In this document: piece by piece, positions 20,281-28,764 of the stretch | How positions within the stretch are numbered: position 1 is the first letter of the stretch | Layout of the letters: every line of letters starts with the position of its first letter | Source: an uncultured Christensenella sp. | GTDB taxonomy: Bacteria; Bacillota; Clostridia; Christensenellales; Pumilibacteraceae | DNA length: 64,000 nucleotides | NCBI GenBank assembly: GCA_910585055.1 | Contig: CAJUBY010000001.1 | Coordinates: 56,255 to 120,254 of the forward strand | Reading direction: 5' to 3' | Program-made: the position numbers and the translations under genes | Notes under the pieces: generated by a model | What the model was told of the DNA's origin: nothing | The model's input: the letters and a program-made list of their open reading frames with translations, nothing else | Database searches by the model: none

Positions 20281-21051
20281 TCAGTCGAAAACGAAAAATC
20301 TCAACAGCGCAAAAACGGTCAACAGAACGAGGACCGTTGCGGCGGTAATTATAAATGCGGTGTTGATCCTCTTTTCGGTTTTTACGTTTCTGTCCGGCTT
20401 TCCGTAAATTTTACGGTTTACCGAATTGATAAGACGGGATATCCGTTTGTACACCAACAGCGTAACGATGACTGCGACAGTACAGCGGAGAAGATTAAAA
20501 GGCAATACCGACACCCACAGATAAAACGTGTAAAAAGTTTCCCGTGTGCAGGAAGGGAACAGCGGCTTCATCATCTGAATGAGCGGAGTCCAATTGCCGC
20601 CGAAAAAAACGCGGACATAGAACGGGACGAGAACTACCCTATTGAATACGAGTGCAACGCATATTAATGAGGCTGAGCCTATCGCCATTGCTGCAAGAGC
20701 GCCCTTAAATGTTCGGTGTTTTTTGTAGATGATCCCTGCGGTCACGGCGAACGCACACGAAGTGACAAGATCGGAAAGTTCTCCGACGAACATGGTGGAC
20801 GTGCCTTTTATAACCAATTTTATAAGGATCTCCACGACGGTGATCGCCGCACCCGATAACGGTCCGAGCGTAAAAGACCCGATCAATATCGGTATATCCG
20901 AAAGCTTGAATTCCAAAAACCCGGGGAACGCAAACGGTATGGAAAAATTCAGTATGTATAAAATTCCGGCGAGCGTCGAAAACATTGCGATAAACGCAAT
21001 ATGTGCGGAACTTATCCCTTTATGTTCCTTTTGTACCGATACGTTGTCCAT
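20281..21051 (-). CDS. ribU: ECF-transporter substrate-specific (S) component, probable riboflavin transporter RibU
   Basis: 256 aa and multi-TM. The S-component-like sequence (FPGFLEFKLSDIPILIGSFTLGPLSGA) directly follows an FMN riboswitch. Confidence 0.7.
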   Translation of the reverse strand: MDNVSVQKEHKGISSAHIAFIAMFSTLAGILYILNFSIPFAFPGFLEFKLSDIPILIGSFTLGPLSGAAITVVEILIKLVIKGTSTMFVGELSDLVTSCAFAVTAGIIYKKHRTFKGALAAMAIGSASLICVALVFNRVVLVPFYVRVFFGGNWTPLIQMMKPLFPSCTRETFYTFYLWVSVLPFNLLRCTVAVIVTLLVYKRISRLINSVNRKIYGKPDRNVKTEKRINTAFIITAATVLVLLTVFALLRFFVFD

Positions 21052-21093
21052 ATTAAAGACCGTCCTTAAAATATTTTAAAGTCGTTCTTCGTA

Positions 21094-21288
21094 TAAAAAC
21101 GCCCCGAAAACTCGGGGCGAAAACAGCGACACAACTCGCGTCCATTCTTTTAACATCCGGACTGTGACCGTCGGTACGGGAATTTCACCCGATCGGGACC
21201 GTTTTCAACGCATACTCGATCTTGCGTTTACGGTCTTAGTAGACTATGACTACCGGTGGGGATTTTCGCCCCGCCCCAAAGAATGACT
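21094..21288 (-). promoter_or_regulatory. FMN riboswitch (RFN element) with terminator expression platform
   Basis: The minus strand reads CAUUCUUUGGGGCGGGGCGAAAAUCCCCACCGGUAGU...GGGUGAAAUUCCCGUACCGACGGUCACAGUCCGGAUGUUAAAAGAAUG. This matches the conserved RFN core and the P1 closure. It is followed by CGCCCCGAGUUUUCGGGGCGUUUUU (21094-21120). Confidence 0.85.
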
Positions 21289-21368
21289 TTAATTTCGGTA
21301 TTATTATAAGACCGTTTAACGGCGCTGTCAAGTATTTTTTTGCGGTAAAACAAAACAAACGGTGAATT

Positions 21369-22400
21369 TTGCGGCGTGTGCGACGGCATACTATATATAT
21401 CATGTTATATATCGACAGACACGGAGATGCGGCGGAAGCGCTGTTGGGCGCGCTGTCCGGCGCCGATTATGTCGCGCGGCTTGAGCGCGGACTTTCCGAT
21501 TCGCTCGGAAAAAATGTCGCTGTGTTGAATTCATGCGACGCGGCACTACATACTGCGTTATATCTCTGCGGCGTAAACGACGGGGATTATGTGCTTACTC
21601 CGACGTTCACGTTTTATTCTTACGTTGCGACGGTCGCGCATATGGGCGCGATACCCGTGTTTTTGGACTGCGATCCCAATACGCGCTGCGTATCCGCCGC
21701 CGCATTGGAAACGGCTTTGCTCTGGGCGGATCTTCAGTCCAAACCCCCGAAAGCCGTTATAGCGGACAACGCATTCGGAAGTATAGCGGACTTCGACGTA
21801 CTGTCGCCGCTGTGCAAGGCGTGGAACGTTCCGGTGATCGAACTGTGCTGCGATGCGCTATGCGGAGAGTATAAGGGCAGGCCTTGCGGCGCGAGCGGCG
21901 ATTACGGCGTGATCGGATTCGATAAGCGGTTGTTCGGCGGCGGCGCGGCGCTTGTCTGCGGAGACGATGCCGACGAAGCGAAAAAGTTTGCAAGGTTCGA
22001 ATATTCGGACGGCGAAAATCACGATTACAGAATGAACAATTTTGTAGCAGCGCTTGACTGGGCGCAGTTAGGCACGGTTAAAAAAATAGCCGAACGTGCG
22101 CGCGCCAATCTCGCCGCGTTATCGTCGGCGTCGGATAGAGTGGTGCTGCCCGTAAACGGCGATGCCGCGGCATACGCTTTGGTAAAGGCGGCGGATATGA
22201 TCCCCGAACTGCAGTCGGCGGGATTCGATGTAAAAAAACCGCCGCCCGTCCATACATTGCCGCAATACGCCGACAGTATGTTTTTCGAACACGAACAGGG
22301 CTATCCCGTATGCATGTCCTTTTCCGATTGCTGTTTGATCGGCATGGATATGTCTGCGCTGCAACGGCGGCGGCTTATCCGAATGCTTAAATCGCGGTGA
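21369..22400 (+). CDS. DegT/DnrJ/EryC1/StrS-like PLP-dependent aminotransferase
   Basis: NSCDAALHTALYLCGVNDGDYVLTPTFTFYSYVATVAHMGAIPVFLDCD and GDYGVIGFDKRLFGGGAALVCGD resemble the family, including the putative PLP Lys. The start is uncertain (TTG 21369 or ATG 21402). Confidence 0.6.
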   Translation: MRRVRRHTIYIMLYIDRHGDAAEALLGALSGADYVARLERGLSDSLGKNVAVLNSCDAALHTALYLCGVNDGDYVLTPTFTFYSYVATVAHMGAIPVFLDCDPNTRCVSAAALETALLWADLQSKPPKAVIADNAFGSIADFDVLSPLCKAWNVPVIELCCDALCGEYKGRPCGASGDYGVIGFDKRLFGGGAALVCGDDADEAKKFARFEYSDGENHDYRMNNFVAALDWAQLGTVKKIAERARANLAALSSASDRVVLPVNGDAAAYALVKAADMIPELQSAGFDVKKPPPVHTLPQYADSMFFEHEQGYPVCMSFSDCCLIGMDMSALQRRRLIRMLKSR

Positions 22401-22519
22401 CGGTCGCGCAGATAAACGCTTGCTAAAAGATAAGTGTTGTGATACAATGTAACAGCAATCGTTACGCGGTGCGCCCGTCGGGCGCCGTGCGTAAATTCGG
22501 GATTGTATTACGGCATAAA

Positions 22520-22789
22520 ATGAAAGCAGTAGTATCGGTCATAGGCAGAGACAGAACGGGCATAATCGCCGCTGTCTCGGGTGCGCTCGCGGAGCGCGGA
22601 ATAAATATCGAAGATATTTCGCAGACCGTCATGCAAAATAATTTTGTCATGATAATGCTTGTCGACACGTCGGGTTCGACGGTCCCGTTCGACAAGATAG
22701 GAGAGCAGCTTCAAAAAGCGGCAGACGGATTGGGCGTGACGGTACACGTTCAGCACGAAGACCTTTTTAACGCTACTCAACGCGTGTAA
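22520..22789 (+). CDS. ACT-domain protein (UPF0237 family)
   Basis: MKAVVSVIGRDRTGIIAAVSGALAERGINIEDISQT... gives a ~89-aa ACT protein, always paired with UPF0210. The upstream part of the track ORF (from 22439) is probably not translated. Confidence 0.8.
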   Translation: MKAVVSVIGRDRTGIIAAVSGALAERGINIEDISQTVMQNNFVMIMLVDTSGSTVPFDKIGEQLQKAADGLGVTVHVQHEDLFNATQRV

Positions 22790-22810
22790 CGCACGGCGCA
22801 GGTATTATCG

Positions 22811-24163
22811 ATGTTTACCGAAAACGAAATTCTCGAAACCATAGATATGCTCGATAACCGGCATTTGGACGTGCGCACGGTTACAGCATCGCTGTCGCTG
22901 TTGGATTGTATAGATCCGTCTGCGAAAAAATGCGCGGAAAAGGTATACGATAAGATAGTTCGCGTTTGCGCGCGGCTTGTCCCTGTCTGCGAAAGTCTGT
23001 CGGCGCGGTACGGAGTGAAGATAGTAAATAAACGGATAGCGGTAACGCCCGTATCGGTGATAGGTGCGGCGAGCGGCGGATTTACGGAACTTGCGCATGC
23101 GCTCGACCGCGCAGGCAAGGCATTGGGCGTAGATTTTGTCGGCGGTTATTCCGCGCTCGTTCAAAAAGGCGCGACCGATGCGGAAAATGCGTTTTTGGAC
23201 ACTATACCGCAGGCGCTTACCGAAACAGATATAGTATGTTCCTCTGTGAACGTCGCGTCCAGTAAGTGCGGTATTAATCTCGACGCGGTGGGCAAGCTCG
23301 GGAAACTGATAAAAGAGCTTGCGTACAATACTCGCAACAATAATTCTTTCGGGTGCGGTAAGCTTGTCGTGTTTTGCAACGCGGTGGACGACAATCCGTT
23401 TATGGCAGGCGCTTTTGCAGGATTATCGGAAGGCGAATGTGCTATAAACGTGGGTGTGTCCGGTCCGGGCGTCGTCGAATACGAGATAAACAAACATCCC
23501 GACTACGATATAACGCAGATATGCGAACTTATAAAACGTACGGCGTTCAAGATAACGCGGCTTGGCGCGCTTATCGGCGGCGAAGCGGCTAAAGAACTGG
23601 GACTTGCGCCCGGCATAATCGACTTGTCGCTGGCGCCAACGCCGGCGGTGGGCGATTCGGTGGCGCGTATTCTCGAAAGCGTAGGGCTTTCTTCCGTCGG
23701 CGCGTGCGGTACTACCGCGTGCTTGGCGCTGCTCAACGACGCGGTTAAAAAGGGCGGCGTTATGGCGGCGAACAGGGTAGGTGGACTTTCGGGCGCGTTC
23801 ATCCCCGTGTCGGAAGACGCCGGAATGATAGAAGCCGCGCGCAGCGGAAAATTGAGCATAGAAAAACTGGAAGCGATGACCGCGGTTTGCTCGGTAGGTC
23901 TGGATATGATAGCGGTGCCCGGCGATACCTCGGCGTCGGTCATTTCCGGTATGATCGCCGACGAGTGCGCAATAGGTATGATAAACAATAAAACTACGGC
24001 GGTAAGGGTCATTCCGGTATACGGAAAGACGGTAGGCGAAGAAGTCGATTTCGGCGGACTTTTCGGCACCGCGCCGATCATGCGCGTAAATCCCGGTTCG
24101 CCCGACAAATTTATCGGCCGCGGCGGCATAATTCCGCCGCCGGTGCATTCATACAAAAACTGA
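22811..24163 (+). CDS. UPF0210 (DUF711/PFL-like) family protein
   Basis: 450 aa. The N-terminus [27 protein letters not shown] is typical, and it is paired with the ACT protein. Confidence 0.8.
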   Translation: MFTENEILETIDMLDNRHLDVRTVTASLSLLDCIDPSAKKCAEKVYDKIVRVCARLVPVCESLSARYGVKIVNKRIAVTPVSVIGAASGGFTELAHALDRAGKALGVDFVGGYSALVQKGATDAENAFLDTIPQALTETDIVCSSVNVASSKCGINLDAVGKLGKLIKELAYNTRNNNSFGCGKLVVFCNAVDDNPFMAGAFAGLSEGECAINVGVSGPGVVEYEINKHPDYDITQICELIKRTAFKITRLGALIGGEAAKELGLAPGIIDLSLAPTPAVGDSVARILESVGLSSVGACGTTACLALLNDAVKKGGVMAANRVGGLSGAFIPVSEDAGMIEAARSGKLSIEKLEAMTAVCSVGLDMIAVPGDTSASVISGMIADECAIGMINNKTTAVRVIPVYGKTVGEEVDFGGLFGTAPIMRVNPGSPDKFIGRGGIIPPPVHSYKN

Positions 24164-24191
24164 AATAAAAATAATAAGGAGATAATATATA

Positions 24192-25964
24192 ATGAAAAGA
24201 AGCGAGATCGAAAATAAATACAAGTGGCATTTGAACGATATGGTCGACGGCGACCAAACGTTCGAAAAGCTTTTTGCCGAAGTCGACGGCGCATTGCCCG
24301 AGCTTGAAAGCTATAAGGGTAAACTGTGCAACCGCGCCGATGCGTTGGCGTGTTTAAAGCTCGATGCGGAAGTTTCCGCAAAATTCGAACTGATCTATAT
24401 TTATTCGCACATGCTTCGCGATCAGGATTCCACCGACGGCAACGCGGTAGGGCTGGCAAGCAGGACGGAAGGGCTTGCCGGAAAGTACGGGGCGGCGGTC
24501 TCGTTTATGAGCAGCGAACTGGGCGCGCTGGATTCGTCAGTGCTGAACGCATATATAGCGGATCCCGAATTTACCGATTTCGATTTTATGCTGAAAGAGA
24601 TAGACAGGCAAAAGGCGCATATACTCTCCGACAGGGAGGAGCGTCTGCTCGCGCTCGGCGCGGAGGCGTTTAAAACGACGTACAATGTGGCACATATGCT
24701 GTTCGACGCCGATCTTAAGTTCAAACCGGTCGAAAAGGACGGTAAAACCGTAGAACTGAATAACGGTAATTACGGAGAACTGTTGGCCGACGGCGACCGT
24801 TCGGTGCGTAAGTCCGCGTTCGATAATCTTTACGACGGATATATCGCGCATATCAATACGCTTGCCGCCAACTATGCCGGCAATGTAAAGGCGGACAATT
24901 TTTACGCCAAAGCGCGCGGATATAAAGACTGTTTGGAAAAATCGCTGTTCGGCGACGGAGTCCCGACGTCGGTCTATACGAACTTGATCGATGCCGTAAA
25001 CAAAAATTTCGCGTCGCTGCACAGATATATAGCGCTGCGTAAAAAAATGCTGGGACTCAAAGAACAGCATATGTACGATCTTTACGTGCCTATTGTCGAA
25101 AACGCGGAAATGAAACTTCCGTACGAACAGTCTTGCGAGATCGTAAAGTCCGCTTTGAAACCTATGGGCAAGGATTATGCCGAACTTTTAAATAGAGCGA
25201 TGACCGAAGGCTGGATAGACGTAATGCCCAACGACGGCAAGCGCGGCGGCGCGTACAGCTGGTCGGCGTACTCCGCACATCCGTACGTACTGCTCAACTA
25301 TACGCCGACGACCGAAGATATTTTTACGCTTGCGCATGAACTGGGGCATTGTATGCATTCGTACTATTCGCAAAACGGTCAGCCGTATTCGAAGTGGGAT
25401 TACCAGATATTCGTCGCCGAAGTCGCATCGATATGCAACGAAACTTTGCTGGACGACTATCTTATGAAGAACGTCAAAGACGACAACGTCAAGAAATATC
25501 TGTTGAGTTTAAGGCTCAACCGTTTCCGCACCACGCTTTTCCGTCAGACCATGTTTGCCGAGTTCGAATACAACGCGCACAAAATGGATCTCGAAGGCAA
25601 GCCGCTCACGGTCGACGGTCTTTGTTCGATGTATCTCGACCTGAATAAAAAATATTACGGCGACGCAGTCGTTTCGGACGACCGTATAGCGTACGAATGG
25701 GCGCGCATACCGCATTTCTATACGGCGTTCTACGTTTATAAATATTCCACCGGCATGACGGCGGCTACAAGTATCGCGCGCAATATCCTTATCCGTCCCG
25801 GTTACGTCGATATCTATAAGGATAAGTTTCTTAAAGCCGGCGGACATAAATCCCCGTACGATATACTTTGCGACACGGAGATCGATCTTGCGTCGACCGG
25901 ACCTTATGACGATGCGTTTGCGTTTTTCAATGCCGCGCTCGACGAGCTGGAAAAACTTTGTTAA
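24192..25964 (+). CDS. pepF: oligoendopeptidase F (M3B)
   Basis: 590 aa with the zinc motif HELGHCMH. Length and architecture fit PepF. Confidence 0.88.
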   Translation: MKRSEIENKYKWHLNDMVDGDQTFEKLFAEVDGALPELESYKGKLCNRADALACLKLDAEVSAKFELIYIYSHMLRDQDSTDGNAVGLASRTEGLAGKYGAAVSFMSSELGALDSSVLNAYIADPEFTDFDFMLKEIDRQKAHILSDREERLLALGAEAFKTTYNVAHMLFDADLKFKPVEKDGKTVELNNGNYGELLADGDRSVRKSAFDNLYDGYIAHINTLAANYAGNVKADNFYAKARGYKDCLEKSLFGDGVPTSVYTNLIDAVNKNFASLHRYIALRKKMLGLKEQHMYDLYVPIVENAEMKLPYEQSCEIVKSALKPMGKDYAELLNRAMTEGWIDVMPNDGKRGGAYSWSAYSAHPYVLLNYTPTTEDIFTLAHELGHCMHSYYSQNGQPYSKWDYQIFVAEVASICNETLLDDYLMKNVKDDNVKKYLLSLRLNRFRTTLFRQTMFAEFEYNAHKMDLEGKPLTVDGLCSMYLDLNKKYYGDAVVSDDRIAYEWARIPHFYTAFYVYKYSTGMTAATSIARNILIRPGYVDIYKDKFLKAGGHKSPYDILCDTEIDLASTGPYDDAFAFFNAALDELEKLC

Positions 25965-25969
25965 GTTTG

Positions 25970-26869
25970 ATGCTATCCGAAAAGCGGCGCATTCTTGCGG
26001 TCTTTGCCGTGTGTTGCGCCGCGTTTATACTTACAGGCTGCGGCGCGAGCGTCACCGTATACGATTATACATCGGACGGCGTGCGGTACAACATGTACGA
26101 GCTGGAATTCGACAAGTCGATTATAAACGGAATGGAGCAGTCTGCCGTAAATGATGCCGACGGCAATAAGTACACGGTAGCCGGGTATTTATATACTCTG
26201 TTCTGCGACTTCGGTTACGAACTTACGGATGCCGAGGACACCGGCGAAAAGTATACCGTGAGATACAGAAAGGCAGTGGGCGGCAGATCCGAACTTTTCG
26301 AAGCGGGAACGCCCGTCGCGTTTAAGACCGACAGTACCGAAAACCCGTTTATAAGAACGTACACTTCGATCTCGCCCAATCCGTTTAACGGTGTGCGGCA
26401 AAAATACGACGCCGTTGCGCCCGGTCAGTCGCTTACCGTTTTGGACAGGTTAAAAAACGGTTCCGTTGCGCGCGACGAGTTCGGGGAACTTGTGGTCGCA
26501 TACCCGTCGCTTGCCGACGCGTTCCCGTATATAAAGAGATTCGATCCCGACGGGCTGTTGCTCAAATATGTAAGATACGGGTCGCCGAGGACGCTTTCGT
26601 CGGGCGCGTCGTCGGGCGGAAAGACGGCGGCGTTTGTATATTCCAGGTATTTCGACGATACTTACACTAATATAGAACTGTCGTATAAACGGGCTGTGCC
26701 GTACGGATGGTATTTGACGGCGCTTGCCGCAGGAGCGGTCACGCTTGCGATATTCGCGGCGGCGACACGGACGAAAAAAGATAAAAAGAAACCTACGCTG
26801 CTGGACAGATTCCCGTACGATCCCGAAGAGTACAGGGATTACGAAAACAGGTTCCCGGCAAACAGATAG
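25970..26869 (+). CDS. hypothetical lipoprotein with C-terminal TM helix
   Basis: Signal peptide with lipobox (AAFILTGC), a C-terminal TM helix (WYLTALAAGAVTLAIFAAA) and a basic tail. The ATG at 25970 is preferred over the TTG at 25958. Confidence 0.6.
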   Translation: MLSEKRRILAVFAVCCAAFILTGCGASVTVYDYTSDGVRYNMYELEFDKSIINGMEQSAVNDADGNKYTVAGYLYTLFCDFGYELTDAEDTGEKYTVRYRKAVGGRSELFEAGTPVAFKTDSTENPFIRTYTSISPNPFNGVRQKYDAVAPGQSLTVLDRLKNGSVARDEFGELVVAYPSLADAFPYIKRFDPDGLLLKYVRYGSPRTLSSGASSGGKTAAFVYSRYFDDTYTNIELSYKRAVPYGWYLTALAAGAVTLAIFAAATRTKKDKKKPTLLDRFPYDPEEYRDYENRFPANR

Positions 26870-26895
26870 AACGGGTATCATAGGAGAAGACGACT

Positions 26896-28494
26896 ATGCC
26901 GAAAAAGGACGCCAAAGAAGAGGCGGTAAAAAATCATCCGCATGTCATTGCGCGCCAAACTCCCAATAATTACGAAGCGGAAACGGCGCTGATAGGCGGA
27001 ATGCTTATCGACGGGCAGACGGCGGCAAAGTTTATGCCGCAGCTTACCGCCGACGATTTTTATACCCCCGGGCATAAATACGTAATAGATGCCATCGCTT
27101 CGCTTTTTAATGCGGCGAAGCCCGTAGATTTCGTAACGGTAGTCGGCGAGCTTGAAAACAGCGGCAAGCTGGAGCTTTCCGGCGGAGCGGAATATATTTC
27201 GAAAATGATAGCGGCGGTGCCGTCTGTGGCAAACGCTCAATATTATTTCGATATAGTCAAAAAGAATACGAAGTTGCGCGCGATCATCGATATAGCGCGG
27301 AAAATGGCGGACGAAGCATATGCGCTCGATCCGGACGATACGGCGCTGTCCAAGGCGGAAGCCGCGCTGTACGGGCTTTCGGAGTCGACGCGGCGAGGCA
27401 AGCCCGAACGGTTGGAGGGATATGTAAAGATCGTGCTCGAAGATCTTAAACAGCGCGCGACCGAAACAAATGTATTCCGCGGCGTGCCCACCGGCTTTTC
27501 CAAAGTGGACAGCATTTTGGGCGGCGGTTTTCAAAAAAGCGATCTTATAATCCTTGCCGCGCGTCCCGGTCAGGGAAAAACCAGTTTTGCGATGAACTGT
27601 GCAGTCAACGCGGCGCGCAGGAAACGTCCGGATAACGGACAATACTACTCCGTTGCCGTGTTCTCTTTGGAAATGAGCGCGACCCAGCTCGCAAAGCGCA
27701 TACTTTGTTCGGTTGGGCGATACGACATGTCGCGCGCCAACCGTGCAGTCGTAGACGAAGACGATTGGGACAGGCTTTATTCCGCACGCGACGAGCTTTC
27801 GCATACCAATCTGTATATAGACGAATCGGGCGATATAACGCCTGCCGAAGTTCTGTCGAAATGCCGTGCGCTCAAGCATTCGAAAGGTCTCGATTTTGTG
27901 ATGATCGATTATCTGCAGCTTATGCAGAGCGGTAAACATCTGGATAATTTCGTACGCGAGATCGCGGAGATAACGCGCGCGCTCAAGCTGGCGGCAAAGG
28001 AATTGGACGTGCCTATACTTTTGCTGTCGCAGATGTCGCGTAGTATAGAACAGAGAAAGGGCGCCGACAAGGAATCCAAACTGTCCGACCTACGTGATTC
28101 GGGCGCGATCGAGCAGGACGCGGATATAGTTCTTTTTATCGACCGAAAAGAAATGCCCGGCGGCGGAGACGGCAAGCCTGCCGCTTCCGAAGTCTATCTT
28201 AATATCGCCAAACACAGAAACGGCGAAACGGGCAACGTCAAGCTTATATGGCATCCTGCGACTACAACGTTCCGCTCGGCAGACGACAGGGGACAGCCGG
28301 ACGAACCGCCCAAATTTTACAGCGGCAGAGACAGCGGTTTCGAAGAATCGGCGCCGCCTCCGCCCGAGCCGGACGGTTTCGGTTACGAGTTCGACGCCGT
28401 CGACCGTGAGGACGGTGCGCCGCATAAAAAGCCGGAAAACGGCGGAAAATCGGCAGTGGCATCGGCTATCGACGCCGGGCTTTTGGATGATTGA
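26896..28494 (+). CDS. dnaB: replicative DNA helicase DnaB with ~71-aa acidic/Pro-rich C-terminal extension
   Basis: N-terminal PNNYEAETALIGGMLIDGQ, Walker A AARPGQGKTSFAMN and Walker B-like FVMIDYLQLM. The tail ADDRGQPDEPP...AIDAGLLDD lies beyond the usual end. Confidence 0.9.
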   Translation: MPKKDAKEEAVKNHPHVIARQTPNNYEAETALIGGMLIDGQTAAKFMPQLTADDFYTPGHKYVIDAIASLFNAAKPVDFVTVVGELENSGKLELSGGAEYISKMIAAVPSVANAQYYFDIVKKNTKLRAIIDIARKMADEAYALDPDDTALSKAEAALYGLSESTRRGKPERLEGYVKIVLEDLKQRATETNVFRGVPTGFSKVDSILGGGFQKSDLIILAARPGQGKTSFAMNCAVNAARRKRPDNGQYYSVAVFSLEMSATQLAKRILCSVGRYDMSRANRAVVDEDDWDRLYSARDELSHTNLYIDESGDITPAEVLSKCRALKHSKGLDFVMIDYLQLMQSGKHLDNFVREIAEITRALKLAAKELDVPILLLSQMSRSIEQRKGADKESKLSDLRDSGAIEQDADIVLFIDRKEMPGGGDGKPAASEVYLNIAKHRNGETGNVKLIWHPATTTFRSADDRGQPDEPPKFYSGRDSGFEESAPPPPEPDGFGYEFDAVDREDGAPHKKPENGGKSAVASAIDAGLLDD

Positions 28495-28607
28495 TACGTA
28501 ATAACGTTTACGGTCGATCCGACCGAGGTTAACGGTTTACGGTAAAGACATCTGTTTGTAAAGCACAAACAGGTAAAAAATTATACACTTTTTTATCATA
28601 AAAATAC

Positions 28608-28636
28608 TTGACACAGTGTATAAATGGTGATATACT
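28608..28636 (+). promoter_or_regulatory. near-consensus sigma-A promoter of giant LRR gene 1
   Basis: TTGACA (28608-28613), 17-nt spacer, TGaTATACT (-10 at 28631-28636). Confidence 0.65.
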
Positions 28637-28656
28637 TTTTCAAATATATAAAAATC

Positions 28657-28700
28657 GTAACAGACAACGGCGTCGGAAGAGAATATCTCCGCGCCGTTTT
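28657..28700 (+). promoter_or_regulatory. conserved leader hairpin plus U-tract (copy 1 of 3)
   Basis: GTAACAGACAACGGCGTCGGAAGAGAATATCTCCGCGCCGTTTT. Outer stem AACGGCG/CGCCGTT, inner stem GGA(A)GA/TCTCC, then U4. It starts 20 nt after the -10. Confidence 0.65.
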
Positions 28701-28764
28701 ATGTTACAAAATTATTTTATCCGGCGGAAGCCGTTAATGTTCAATCCAAAAAAAGGAGCAAAGG

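Noticed and set aside
23503-27939. Antisense or alternate-frame ORFs opposite the UPF0210 gene, pepF, the lipoprotein gene and dnaB (for example 23503-24459 and 26878-27939).
   Set aside because: Each overlaps a confidently identified sense gene. Their Arg-rich, low-complexity translations are typical of NCG-rich codon usage read in the wrong frame. The same reasoning applies to 49330-50241, 50337-51065, 54814-56223, 57201-57998 and 61803-62975.
28657-28700. Leader hairpin considered as a known small riboswitch (guanidine-III-like GACAAGACGGCGC, preQ1-I) or an integron attC site.
   Set aside because: There is only a superficial 10-nt resemblance to guanidine-III. The required upstream pseudoknot strand is absent, and the downstream genes are adhesin-like rather than transporters. 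There are no RYYYAAC/GTTRRRY core sites and no integrase nearby.
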